Source of the DNA: a virus | Lineage: Duplodnaviria > Caudoviricetes | Length of the DNA: 58,114 nt | Virus record (IMG/VR): IMGVR_UViG_3300020428_000001 | Coordinates: 1-58,114 of that record | Direction: 5' to 3' (one strand) | Shown here: one piece after another, positions 17,180-24,931 of the stretch | How the letters are laid out: the number at the start of each line of letters is the position of its first letter | Numbering within the stretch: position 1 is the stretch's first letter | The notes under the pieces: model-generated | The model's database searches: none | Told to the model about the DNA's origin: nothing | Seen by the model: the letters and a program-made list of their open reading frames with translations, nothing else | Translations under genes and position numbers: made by a program

Positions 17180-17410
17180 AGGTGTGCTAGCGAATCCCTT
17201 GTGGTAGAATTAGATTCACACTAAAAAGGCTAGTATAACATAAAGGAGTGAATATCGGTCCAGTAATAGGCCTTCGTAGCGCCTCGAAAGAGGTGACAGG
17301 GGTGGTAAGACGCCTTAGGATGATACTGAAGTTGGCCCTTCAGCCGATATTCAGATCTCTTTATGTGAACCGTCTTCAGATAATTTTTTAATAACACCGA
17401 ACGGGGCACC
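17180..17410 (+). ncRNA. Candidate structured non-coding RNA downstream of the tRNA
   Basis: GC-rich gap with nested stems TGAATATCGG/CCGATATTCA, ACATAAAG/CTTTATGT, CGCCTC-GAAA-GAGGTG and TGCTAGC/GCTAGTA. Confidence 0.55.
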
Positions 17411-17420
17411 GTGGCAATTT

Positions 17421-17687
17421 ATGGAGAATTTTATGGGTATTATTGAATTCCCGATAAGGGAACGAATGTATAAGCGATGGAGCAATCTATCAGCTGAGCG
17501 TTTAACTAATAAATGGGAAGTAGATCCAAAACGTGAACCTGAGATTTTTAATGATATGTTATATACTATCACTAATGAATTTAAAGGTGATGCTGAAGAT
17601 TGGACTCAAGAAGAAATTATTGAACTGATTGATAGTTTCTTTAGAGTAGAAGAATTTATAATAATGAGGAGAGGGCCTAAGAAATGA
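17421..17687 (+). CDS. Hypothetical protein
   Basis: 88 aa ORF coupled to the next gene; start uncertain. Confidence 0.6.
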   Translation: MENFMGIIEFPIRERMYKRWSNLSAERLTNKWEVDPKREPEIFNDMLYTITNEFKGDAEDWTQEEIIELIDSFFRVEEFIIMRRGPKK

Positions 17688-18037
17688 GTGAAAATATTCC
17701 TTATAGAGAAATGATTAGGCAAGGATTTAGAAAAATGAGAGAAGAAAGTGAAAAAGAAAGTTACTTAGAACGATCAATAGAAATCTTAGAAGAATGTGGT
17801 AATTTAATTCGTAAGAAAGGTCAAGACTATCAAGGTGGATCAGTAAAAGATCCACAATACTATCCTCATGGATGGAAGTCCTTTGATACAATGCTTACTA
17901 CTAAGATACTAAGATTTCGTTCTGTTATGGATCAAGAAGGAAATGTTAATTTTGATTCAGCAGAAGATTGTTTAAGAGATTTAATTAATTACTCTGCAAG
18001 ATGCATTGTATGGTTAGAAAATGAAAGGAATAAATAA
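17684..18037 (+). CDS. Nucleotide-modification-associated domain 1 (Nmad1/DUF1599-like) protein
   Basis: KKGQDY, YYPHG, KILRFRSV and NFDSAEDCLRDLINYS motifs; next to DNA modification genes. Confidence 0.7.
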   Translation: MSENIPYREMIRQGFRKMREESEKESYLERSIEILEECGNLIRKKGQDYQGGSVKDPQYYPHGWKSFDTMLTTKILRFRSVMDQEGNVNFDSAEDCLRDLINYSARCIVWLENERNK

Positions 18038-18228
18038 TGACTGTTCATGGTAGTCCAAAAGATAGAGGTTCAGCAGATAGATATTATGGTCGTCCGTTTG
18101 AACCACATTGGTATCCGCAAGGAACTTATAATGGCAGAAAAATAGAAGAAGATGAAATGAATTCTGACCAAGTAGAAGAATATAAAGAAGGTTGGAATAA
18201 CGAAATTAATAGAAAGAATTGGGGTTAA
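18037..18228 (+). CDS. Conserved hypothetical phage protein
   Basis: HGSPKDRGSADRYYGR..PH motif. Confidence 0.75.
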   Translation: MTVHGSPKDRGSADRYYGRPFEPHWYPQGTYNGRKIEEDEMNSDQVEEYKEGWNNEINRKNWG

Positions 18229-18230
18229 TT

Positions 18231-19172
18231 ATGGGACTTCTTAAACCTATAATATTCACAAGAGGAAGATTAGAAAATCAAGTAACTCTTTCACAATTAC
18301 CGTCTTCATTACAAAGAATAGCATGTCTTATAGTTTATCCCGAGGAGTATGAAGAACATAAAAAGCTATATGGTAATATAACTAATGTAGTTAAGACACC
18401 TGAGGGTTGCCGAGGGATTGCTAAAAGACGTGAATGGGCTGCATTAAATGCTAATAAAAACCTAATTCAATGGCAATTAGACGATGATTTAACTTTTTGT
18501 AAAGCAAAAGATGAAGGTCAAGACGGTACATGGCCATTCTTAAAATTTGGTCCAATGGAAGATGATGATTGGAAAACTCTTGAAAAAGATATTGAAAGAG
18601 CTTGTGATATTGGATTTAAAGTTGGAGGGTTAGGTCAAAGAATTGCTCCAGCAGGAATTAGCGATTTTCCTGGTTCAGTAAATTCTAGAGTATATACTAA
18701 TACGTGGTTTGATTTTAGAACTATAAATGCAAAAGACTATGATTGGATAGGTAAAGAATGGAATGATGATGAGTTCTTACCTGAAGATTTTCATATTCAA
18801 TGTCAAATGGTAAAGTCTGGTATTCCAATTTTAAACTTAAATAAATTTGCTAGTTCTGGAAATAAGACTCAAGCAGCAGGAGGATGTGCTACTTATAGGT
18901 CTTTAAATAATCATAATAAAGGTATGAAGAAATTTGCAGAAGTATGGTCTGATTGTACCGTCTTAAGATGGAAAGATGGTTGGGAAAAAGGTACTCAAAA
19001 AGCTGCGTTAACTATACGACTTAGTAAGCTTTGGCCACAGACAAAAGAACTTTTAATAGGTATGGAACACCGTCTTAGATTAGATCTTGGTGGAAAGTCA
19101 AAACCTGAAGCAAAGAAACTTCAAGAAAAAGCTAATAACCTTAGAAAGGAAATGCAAGAAAATGCCGAATAG
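18231..19172 (+). CDS. GT-A fold glycosyltransferase, TET-associated (TAGT)/GREB1-like; putative DNA base glycosyltransferase
   Basis: IFTRGR, VYPEEYEEH, GIAKRREW, QLDDDL (DxD), EDFHIQ and TQAAGGC..YR motifs; coupled to the hydroxymethylase. Confidence 0.75.
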   Translation: MGLLKPIIFTRGRLENQVTLSQLPSSLQRIACLIVYPEEYEEHKKLYGNITNVVKTPEGCRGIAKRREWAALNANKNLIQWQLDDDLTFCKAKDEGQDGTWPFLKFGPMEDDDWKTLEKDIERACDIGFKVGGLGQRIAPAGISDFPGSVNSRVYTNTWFDFRTINAKDYDWIGKEWNDDEFLPEDFHIQCQMVKSGIPILNLNKFASSGNKTQAAGGCATYRSLNNHNKGMKKFAEVWSDCTVLRWKDGWEKGTQKAALTIRLSKLWPQTKELLIGMEHRLRLDLGGKSKPEAKKLQEKANNLRKEMQENAE

Positions 19173-19872
19173 AACTATTGATGAAATCAGAGATGAGTTT
19201 TGTTTAAAGTATCAAAATATGATGGTTGAACAAGATGGTAATATAGAAATATTAGGTGCTTCATTTGTTGCTAGTGAAGATAAATTATTCGGAGAACCTA
19301 ATAAGAAATATAGAATAGCAGAAGTAGATTGGTATGACAGTCAAGAAAGAAATATCAATAAACTGGGAGAGTTGTATGGTAAAATTCCTGTAATTTGGAA
19401 AGAACATGCAGCTAATACTAAAGGTGAAATTAATTCTAATTATGGATGGATGATTTATAATTGGGAAAATGGTAATCAATATGAGTTTTGCTTAAGAGAA
19501 TTAAAAGAAAATCCAAATTCTCGTAGAGCTATTATGATTTATCAGCATCCACATATGCATACAAGATATAGAAGAGAAGGTATGAATGATTTTTGTTGTA
19601 CCAACGCAGTAAGTTATTATATTAAAGATGGATCTCTTAATTGTGTAGTACAAATGAGATCTAATGATGCTATATTTGGTTATATGAATGATTATTACTG
19701 GCAGAATAGAGTTCAAGAGCGTTTAGCAATTGATTTAAATATTTCTAAAGGTAAAATGATTTGGCAAGTCCAAAGTTTACACATATATCCAAGACATATG
19801 TATTTAATAAAAGAATTTATTGAAGAAAGACATAAAAACCGTCTTAACGCAAATGACGATTATATTTTATAG
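19162..19872 (+). CDS. dCMP hydroxymethylase (T4 gp42-like thymidylate synthase homologue)
   Basis: IEILGASFVA, GEINSNYGW, NPNSRRAIMIY, DFCCTN (catalytic Cys), MRSNDAIFGYMND (dCMP-specifying Asp as in T4 GFRND) and SLHIY. Confidence 0.88.
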   Translation: MPNRTIDEIRDEFCLKYQNMMVEQDGNIEILGASFVASEDKLFGEPNKKYRIAEVDWYDSQERNINKLGELYGKIPVIWKEHAANTKGEINSNYGWMIYNWENGNQYEFCLRELKENPNSRRAIMIYQHPHMHTRYRREGMNDFCCTNAVSYYIKDGSLNCVVQMRSNDAIFGYMNDYYWQNRVQERLAIDLNISKGKMIWQVQSLHIYPRHMYLIKEFIEERHKNRLNANDDYIL

Positions 19873-19884
19873 AAAGGAAATAAA

Positions 19885-20838
19885 ATGGCTCATGAAGTAG
19901 AAACAATGGCTTATGCAGGGGAAGTACCATGGCACGGATTAGGTGTTCCTGTATCTAATGATTTAACTGTTTATCAAATGATGGATAAAGCTAATCTTAA
20001 TTGGAAAGTACATGAAGTTCCTAATTATGTTGATTGGGAAGGCCAAAAAGTAAATACTACTTTTAAATCTTTGATAAGAGAAACTGACGGTAGAATTCTT
20101 ACTACAGTTGGTAAAGACTGGAATCCAGTACAAAACGAAGAAGCTTTTAAATTCTTTGAAGAGTATGTTAATGTAGGTGATATGGAAATGCATACTGCTG
20201 GCTCATTAAAAGATGGTCAATATGTATGGGCATTAGCTAAAGTTAAAGATTCCTTTGAATTATTTAGTGGAGATAAAGTAGATTCGTATTTATTATTCTC
20301 TAATCCTCATGTATATGGAAAATCTATTGATATTAGATTTACACCGATTAGAGTTGTATGTAATAACACATTAACTTTATCTTTATCTGGTAAAAATAAT
20401 AAAGCTGTTAAAATTAGGCATAGAACTAAGTTTAATGCAGAGCAAGTTAAAGAAACTTTAGGTATTGCTACTGAAGAACTACAGAAATATAAAGAAGTAG
20501 CTCAATACTTAGGAAGTACACGAATAAAGGATGTAGAGACTTTAATACATTATTATAATGATGTTTATCCTAGAGATGAGAAGCATGGTACTACTCCATT
20601 AAAAGAAGAAACTCTTTCTAAACCTGCAAAAGTTGCTTTAAAGAATTTTGACACTCAACCTGGAGCTAAGTTCGCTGAAGGAAGTTGGTGGCAAGCATTT
20701 AATTCTGTAACTTACTCACAAGATCATGTGTATGGTAAAAATAAAGATAATAGACTATATAATTCATGGTTTGGTAGAGGACAAGTACTTAAGAAGAAAG
20801 CTTTAGATAAAGCTCTTGCATTTGCTGATGTAGCTTAA
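19885..20838 (+). CDS. DUF932/DUF945 family protein
   Basis: MAHEVETMAYAGEVPWHGLG, PVQNEEAF, TAGSLKDG and TPIRVVCNNTL motifs. Confidence 0.88.
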   Translation: MAHEVETMAYAGEVPWHGLGVPVSNDLTVYQMMDKANLNWKVHEVPNYVDWEGQKVNTTFKSLIRETDGRILTTVGKDWNPVQNEEAFKFFEEYVNVGDMEMHTAGSLKDGQYVWALAKVKDSFELFSGDKVDSYLLFSNPHVYGKSIDIRFTPIRVVCNNTLTLSLSGKNNKAVKIRHRTKFNAEQVKETLGIATEELQKYKEVAQYLGSTRIKDVETLIHYYNDVYPRDEKHGTTPLKEETLSKPAKVALKNFDTQPGAKFAEGSWWQAFNSVTYSQDHVYGKNKDNRLYNSWFGRGQVLKKKALDKALAFADVA

Positions 20839-20996
20839 TGGAAGGTTCTATTATACCTAATTGGTGGCAATCATGGTTACTGGTTGCCATCACTATTAAT
20901 ACATTAATAAACTTAATTGTATTCTTCAAAGGAAGAAAATTACATATAAAAGAATTGTTACATTTAAAACCTAAAAGGAAGAAAATAAATGACTAG
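20838..20996 (+). CDS. Small membrane protein (52 aa)
   Basis: TAATG coupling; WWQSWLLVAITINTLINLIVFF followed by a basic tail. Confidence 0.6.
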   Translation: MEGSIIPNWWQSWLLVAITINTLINLIVFFKGRKLHIKELLHLKPKRKKIND

Positions 20997-21423
20997 TGAA
21001 TGGTTAAAAGATATAAAAGATATGCATCAAAAATTTGGTGTAAACAAATGGGTTCAATCTGAACTTCAAAGTGATGTAGATTGGAGACGTTTAGATAAAT
21101 TTATTCAATTTAGAATGGATATGATAAAGGAGGAGTTGGATGAAACTAAAACGGCCATTAAGAAAGGCGATGAAGAAGGCGTTGTTGATGGACTTATTGA
21201 CTTATGTGTTTTTGCGATTGGTACGCTTGATATATTGGGACTTGATGTGGACAAGGCTTGGAGGACTGTACATTCAGCTAATATGGCCAAAGAACCCGGA
21301 ATCAAGGCTAGCAGGCCTAATCCGCTTGGCTTACCGGACATGATAAAGCCTGAAGGTTGGAAAGATCCTTCTCATAAAGATAATATAGGTAATATAAAAG
21401 ATTTTATAAGAAACGATAAGTGA
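20989..21423 (+). CDS. MazG/PRA-PH-like NTP pyrophosphohydrolase (candidate dCTPase)
   Basis: MIKEELDE, VDGLIDLCVFAIG, VHSANMAK and KPEGW motifs. Confidence 0.85.
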   Translation: MTSEWLKDIKDMHQKFGVNKWVQSELQSDVDWRRLDKFIQFRMDMIKEELDETKTAIKKGDEEGVVDGLIDLCVFAIGTLDILGLDVDKAWRTVHSANMAKEPGIKASRPNPLGLPDMIKPEGWKDPSHKDNIGNIKDFIRNDK

Positions 21424-21452
21424 ATGAGAACATTCACTATAAATAGATAAAG
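21419..21452 (+). promoter_or_regulatory. Putative hairpin promoter, class I (copy 4)
   Basis: AGTGAATG-AGAA-CATTCACT (8-bp stem) followed by AAATAGATAAAG, directly before the DNA polymerase RBS. Confidence 0.65.
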
Positions 21453-21464
21453 AAAGGAAATACT

Positions 21465-23312
21465 ATGCAACTAGTATTTGATATAGAAACTGACGGACTA
21501 TTAAATCAAATGACTAAATGTCATGTTTTAGTTTGTCAAGATCCAGTTAGTAAAAATATTTATAAGTTTGGTCCTAATGAGATTGATAAAGGCTTAGCAC
21601 TATTATCTAGTGCTACTGCCTTAATTGGTCATAACATTATTGGATTTGATTTAATGGCTCTTGATAAACTATATAATTGGAAACCGTCTTTAGATACTGC
21701 GATTATTGATACTTGGGTTATGTCTCAAGTTTTAAACTATCAAAGACCTCATAAACATGGTTTAGCAGGTTGGGGATCTCATCTTAAATATAAGAAGATA
21801 GATAACTCTAAATTTGACGAACAAGAATGGAAAATATATTCTCCAGAAATGTTAGAATACTGTGTTCAAGATGTTAAGCTAAATACTAAAGTTTATGAAG
21901 TATTACTTGCTGAATTAAATAAAGCTGTGTTAAATAATAAAATGATTAGAGATGGTTTACGTGTTGAACATGATGTGGCTCATTTTGAAAGTCAAGTAAG
22001 AAAGAAAGGTTGGATGTTTGATATAGATCAAGCTACTAAAAATCTTAAGACTATGAAGAAGCATATGAATAAGATTGAATCTATTATTGAACCAAAACTC
22101 GGAACTACAAAAGTCTTTATAGATAAAACTCCTAAGACTCCTAAGTATACTAAAGCTGGATATTATACTGCGACTACAGCTAGAATACTATCTGAATATT
22201 TAGATAAGAAAGTAATAGGTGAAGATGCCGTATCTGACAACCCTCCTATGCTGCCTGGTACAGAGTTTCAACGTTTTACAATAGAACCTATAACCTTAAG
22301 TAATATGGATCTAGTAAAAGAATGGTTACATACGATTGGCTGGAAACCAGATGATTGGAACGTTAAAAGAGATCCACATGGTGGTTGGATTAGAACTGGT
22401 CCTAAACTTACTTCAAGTTCTCTTGCTAAGTTAGGTAGAATAGGAAAATTAATTGATAGATATTATACAATTAAAAATCGTAAAGCAACTATTGAATCAT
22501 GGTTTGAGAGAATAGAAAGAGATGAGCATAATAACTGTAGACTTCATGGTCGAATGTGGACTGTTGGTACTCCTAGCTTTAGGTGTAGGCATGAAGTTAT
22601 CGTTAATTTACCAGCAGTGGATGCGCCTTATGGCCGTATGCTTAGGGAATTATTTATTTCTGAGCCCGGTTATAGAGTTGTTGGTGCGGATAGCGCTGGT
22701 AATCAGCTGCGTGGACTATGTCATTATGTGGGGGATAAGAATTACACCGAACTCGTCGTTAACGGAGATCAGCATTCGAGAAACGCTGCTGTTCTTAGTT
22801 GTACTAGGAGTCTTGCTAAATCTTTTCTTTATGCTATTCTCTTTGGGGCAGGTGATGCAAAGCTTGGTCAAACTCTTTATGGAGTCAGTAGTGTACCGAA
22901 AGGTAAAGATGCTAGAAGAAAATTTACAGCGAATTTACCAGGATTTGATTCACTAGTAAATAAATTAAAGAATATTTATAATCAGTATGGATGCATACCT
23001 GCTTTAGATGGTAGAAAGATATATGCAAGATCTGATTATCAAGTTTTAAATTATTTATTACAAACTGCTGAAGGTATTACATGTAAAGCAGCTGTAAGTT
23101 ATGCAATGAAAAAGATTAAAGAAGAAAATTTAGATGCCTATCCTGCAATATTCTATCATGATGAACAAGCATGGATTGTTAATGATAAAGATACTAAACG
23201 TGTTGGAGAAATCTTACAAGAATCTTTTCGTGAAGCTCCAAAATGGTTTGGTGTAGACTGTATGGATGGTGGTGATTATAAAATAGGAGACTCATATGCA
23301 GATGTTCATTAA
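21465..23312 (+). CDS. DNA polymerase family A (T7 gp5-like) with 3'-5' exonuclease
   Basis: FDIETDGL, GHNIIGFD, YCVQDV, GADSAGNQLR (motif A), RSLAKSFLYAILFG (motif B) and YHDE (motif C). Confidence 0.96.
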   Translation: MQLVFDIETDGLLNQMTKCHVLVCQDPVSKNIYKFGPNEIDKGLALLSSATALIGHNIIGFDLMALDKLYNWKPSLDTAIIDTWVMSQVLNYQRPHKHGLAGWGSHLKYKKIDNSKFDEQEWKIYSPEMLEYCVQDVKLNTKVYEVLLAELNKAVLNNKMIRDGLRVEHDVAHFESQVRKKGWMFDIDQATKNLKTMKKHMNKIESIIEPKLGTTKVFIDKTPKTPKYTKAGYYTATTARILSEYLDKKVIGEDAVSDNPPMLPGTEFQRFTIEPITLSNMDLVKEWLHTIGWKPDDWNVKRDPHGGWIRTGPKLTSSSLAKLGRIGKLIDRYYTIKNRKATIESWFERIERDEHNNCRLHGRMWTVGTPSFRCRHEVIVNLPAVDAPYGRMLRELFISEPGYRVVGADSAGNQLRGLCHYVGDKNYTELVVNGDQHSRNAAVLSCTRSLAKSFLYAILFGAGDAKLGQTLYGVSSVPKGKDARRKFTANLPGFDSLVNKLKNIYNQYGCIPALDGRKIYARSDYQVLNYLLQTAEGITCKAAVSYAMKKIKEENLDAYPAIFYHDEQAWIVNDKDTKRVGEILQESFREAPKWFGVDCMDGGDYKIGDSYADVH

Positions 23313-23436
23313 CTGGTATATAGATATATTATTAAAAATATCTAGTAAGTTTGGTAGAATAAGTTCTTACTTTTATATGAAGCATGTAAATGTTTTACAT
23401 AAAAAGCAGATAAAAGATGGAATAAGAGATCGATGA
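23296..23436 (+). CDS. Small hypothetical protein (46 aa)
   Basis: AGGAG RBS; ends in an ATGA overlap with the next gene. Confidence 0.55.
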   Translation: MQMFINWYIDILLKISSKFGRISSYFYMKHVNVLHKKQIKDGIRDR

Positions 23437-23849
23437 AAATAGGTTTTACAGCTAGTACATTTGATTTACTTCATGCTGGACACGTTCAAATGTTACGTGA
23501 AGCTAAAGAACAATGTGATTATTTAATATGTGGATTACAAATAGATCCAACAATTGATCGTAAAGATAAAAATTATCCTATACAAACGATTGTTGAGAGA
23601 TATACACAATTAAATAGTGTAAAATATATTGATGAAATTATTCCTTATTCTACTGAAAAAGATTTATGTGATATATTAAGTATGTATAATATAAATATAC
23701 GAATACTTGGTGAAGAATATAGAGAAAAAGAATTTACAGGTAGAGATATTTGTAAAGCAAGAAGTATAGATATTTATTTTAATAAACGCGATCATAGATT
23801 TAGTAGTACTGATCTTAGACTTCGTGTTATAAAAGGAAAGGAAAAATAA
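23433..23849 (+). CDS. Cytidylyltransferase (TagD/glycerol-3-phosphate CT-like)
   Basis: FDLLHAGH (HxGH), QTIVER and RDHRFSSTDLR motifs. Confidence 0.9.
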   Translation: MKIGFTASTFDLLHAGHVQMLREAKEQCDYLICGLQIDPTIDRKDKNYPIQTIVERYTQLNSVKYIDEIIPYSTEKDLCDILSMYNINIRILGEEYREKEFTGRDICKARSIDIYFNKRDHRFSSTDLRLRVIKGKEK

Positions 23850-24647
23850 ATGAAACTATTTATAGATGCTGACAGTATTTTGTTTAAAGCTGCGTGCACT
23901 CAAAGTTCTGTTAAAGAGACTAATAAAGTAGTTCATACAATAGTACAAGATACTATTGGTGATTGTTGGGCTGATGAAACTTATCTTGCTGTAAAAGGAA
24001 AAGGAAACTTTAGATATGATATATTTAAAGATTATAAAGCAGCAAGAAAAGATAAGCCTATGGAAGAAGATTTAAGGAACCGACTTAATGAAGCTTATAA
24101 ATATCTTATTGATAAGTATAAAGCAGTTCCAGCAGATGGAATGGAAGCTGACGATTTAGTTTCTATTTGGGCGTTTGAAGCAAGAAAAGCTGATGAAGAC
24201 TTTGTTATTGCTCATATTGATAAAGATATAAATCAAATTGCTGGTAACCATTATAATTATAATAAGAAGAATTATTATTTTATTAATGATGATGAAGCTG
24301 ATTTAAATTTCTGTATACAACTTTTAATCGGAGATAGTGGTGATGGCATACCTAAAATTCGTAAAGGATATGGTATAAAAACTGCTCAAACCGCCTTAAA
24401 AGATACAACTTATGATAATAGAATAGATCGTGTTGTAGACGAGTGGAAAAGACATTATGGAAATGGATGGGAAACTCAACTTAATATGGTTGGTAACTTA
24501 ATATATATGAAAAGAACTTGGGATATGGAGGAATGGAACTATGGAGATCGTTATTCCGGGAAAACCGATGTCAGCGAACCGAATGGAAGGGATAAGAGCG
24601 ATAAGAACGAAGACGGGAAAGAGCTTCACTCAAACTTATCCAACTAA
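23850..24647 (+). CDS. 5'-3' exonuclease (T7 gp6-like)
   Basis: IDADSI, NFRY..FKDYKAAR, EADDL, IDKDINQIAG and GDSGDGIP motifs. Confidence 0.92.
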   Translation: MKLFIDADSILFKAACTQSSVKETNKVVHTIVQDTIGDCWADETYLAVKGKGNFRYDIFKDYKAARKDKPMEEDLRNRLNEAYKYLIDKYKAVPADGMEADDLVSIWAFEARKADEDFVIAHIDKDINQIAGNHYNYNKKNYYFINDDEADLNFCIQLLIGDSGDGIPKIRKGYGIKTAQTALKDTTYDNRIDRVVDEWKRHYGNGWETQLNMVGNLIYMKRTWDMEEWNYGDRYSGKTDVSEPNGRDKSDKNEDGKELHSNLSN

Positions 24648-24918
24648 AGATTATAAAGAATTTCTCGAGAGATTTAAAGAAGCTACTAAAGATAAGACTT
24701 GGAGATTTGAAGAAAAGGCTAGATTAAAGATATATATTTGGCCTTTTTTCTCAAATAAAGCGTCTGATTTAGATAACGTCGCTAAACCTACTCTTGATGC
24801 TTTACAAAAAGTATTTAATTGGAATGATAAACATGCTTATGAACTTCATTTGATAAAGAACTTTGCAAAACGTGGAGAAGAGAAATTAGAAATTGAAATA
24901 GAAGAGCTTATAGATTAA
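24541..24918 (+). CDS. RusA-like Holliday junction resolvase
   Basis: P.SANR N-terminus, DLDNVAKPTLDALQ and WNDK motifs. Confidence 0.85.
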   Translation: MEIVIPGKPMSANRMEGIRAIRTKTGKSFTQTYPTKDYKEFLERFKEATKDKTWRFEEKARLKIYIWPFFSNKASDLDNVAKPTLDALQKVFNWNDKHAYELHLIKNFAKRGEEKLEIEIEELID

Positions 24919-24931
24919 GAAAGGAAATTAC

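Noticed and set aside
17176-17240. Theta/HDV-like or hammerhead ribozyme, or SAM/preQ1 riboswitch, after the tRNA
   Set aside because: I could not build the required nested pseudoknot or catalytic core by eye, so it is kept only as an unassigned structured RNA.
19162-19872. Ordinary thymidylate synthase ThyA
   Set aside because: It has Asp rather than Asn at the specificity position and T4 gp42-like motifs throughout.
23282-23291. AATAGGAGAC partial match to the class II promoter (similar partial match near 1716)
   Set aside because: Only about 10 nt match, the orientation is antisense to local genes, and it is explained by an AGGAG ribosome-binding site.
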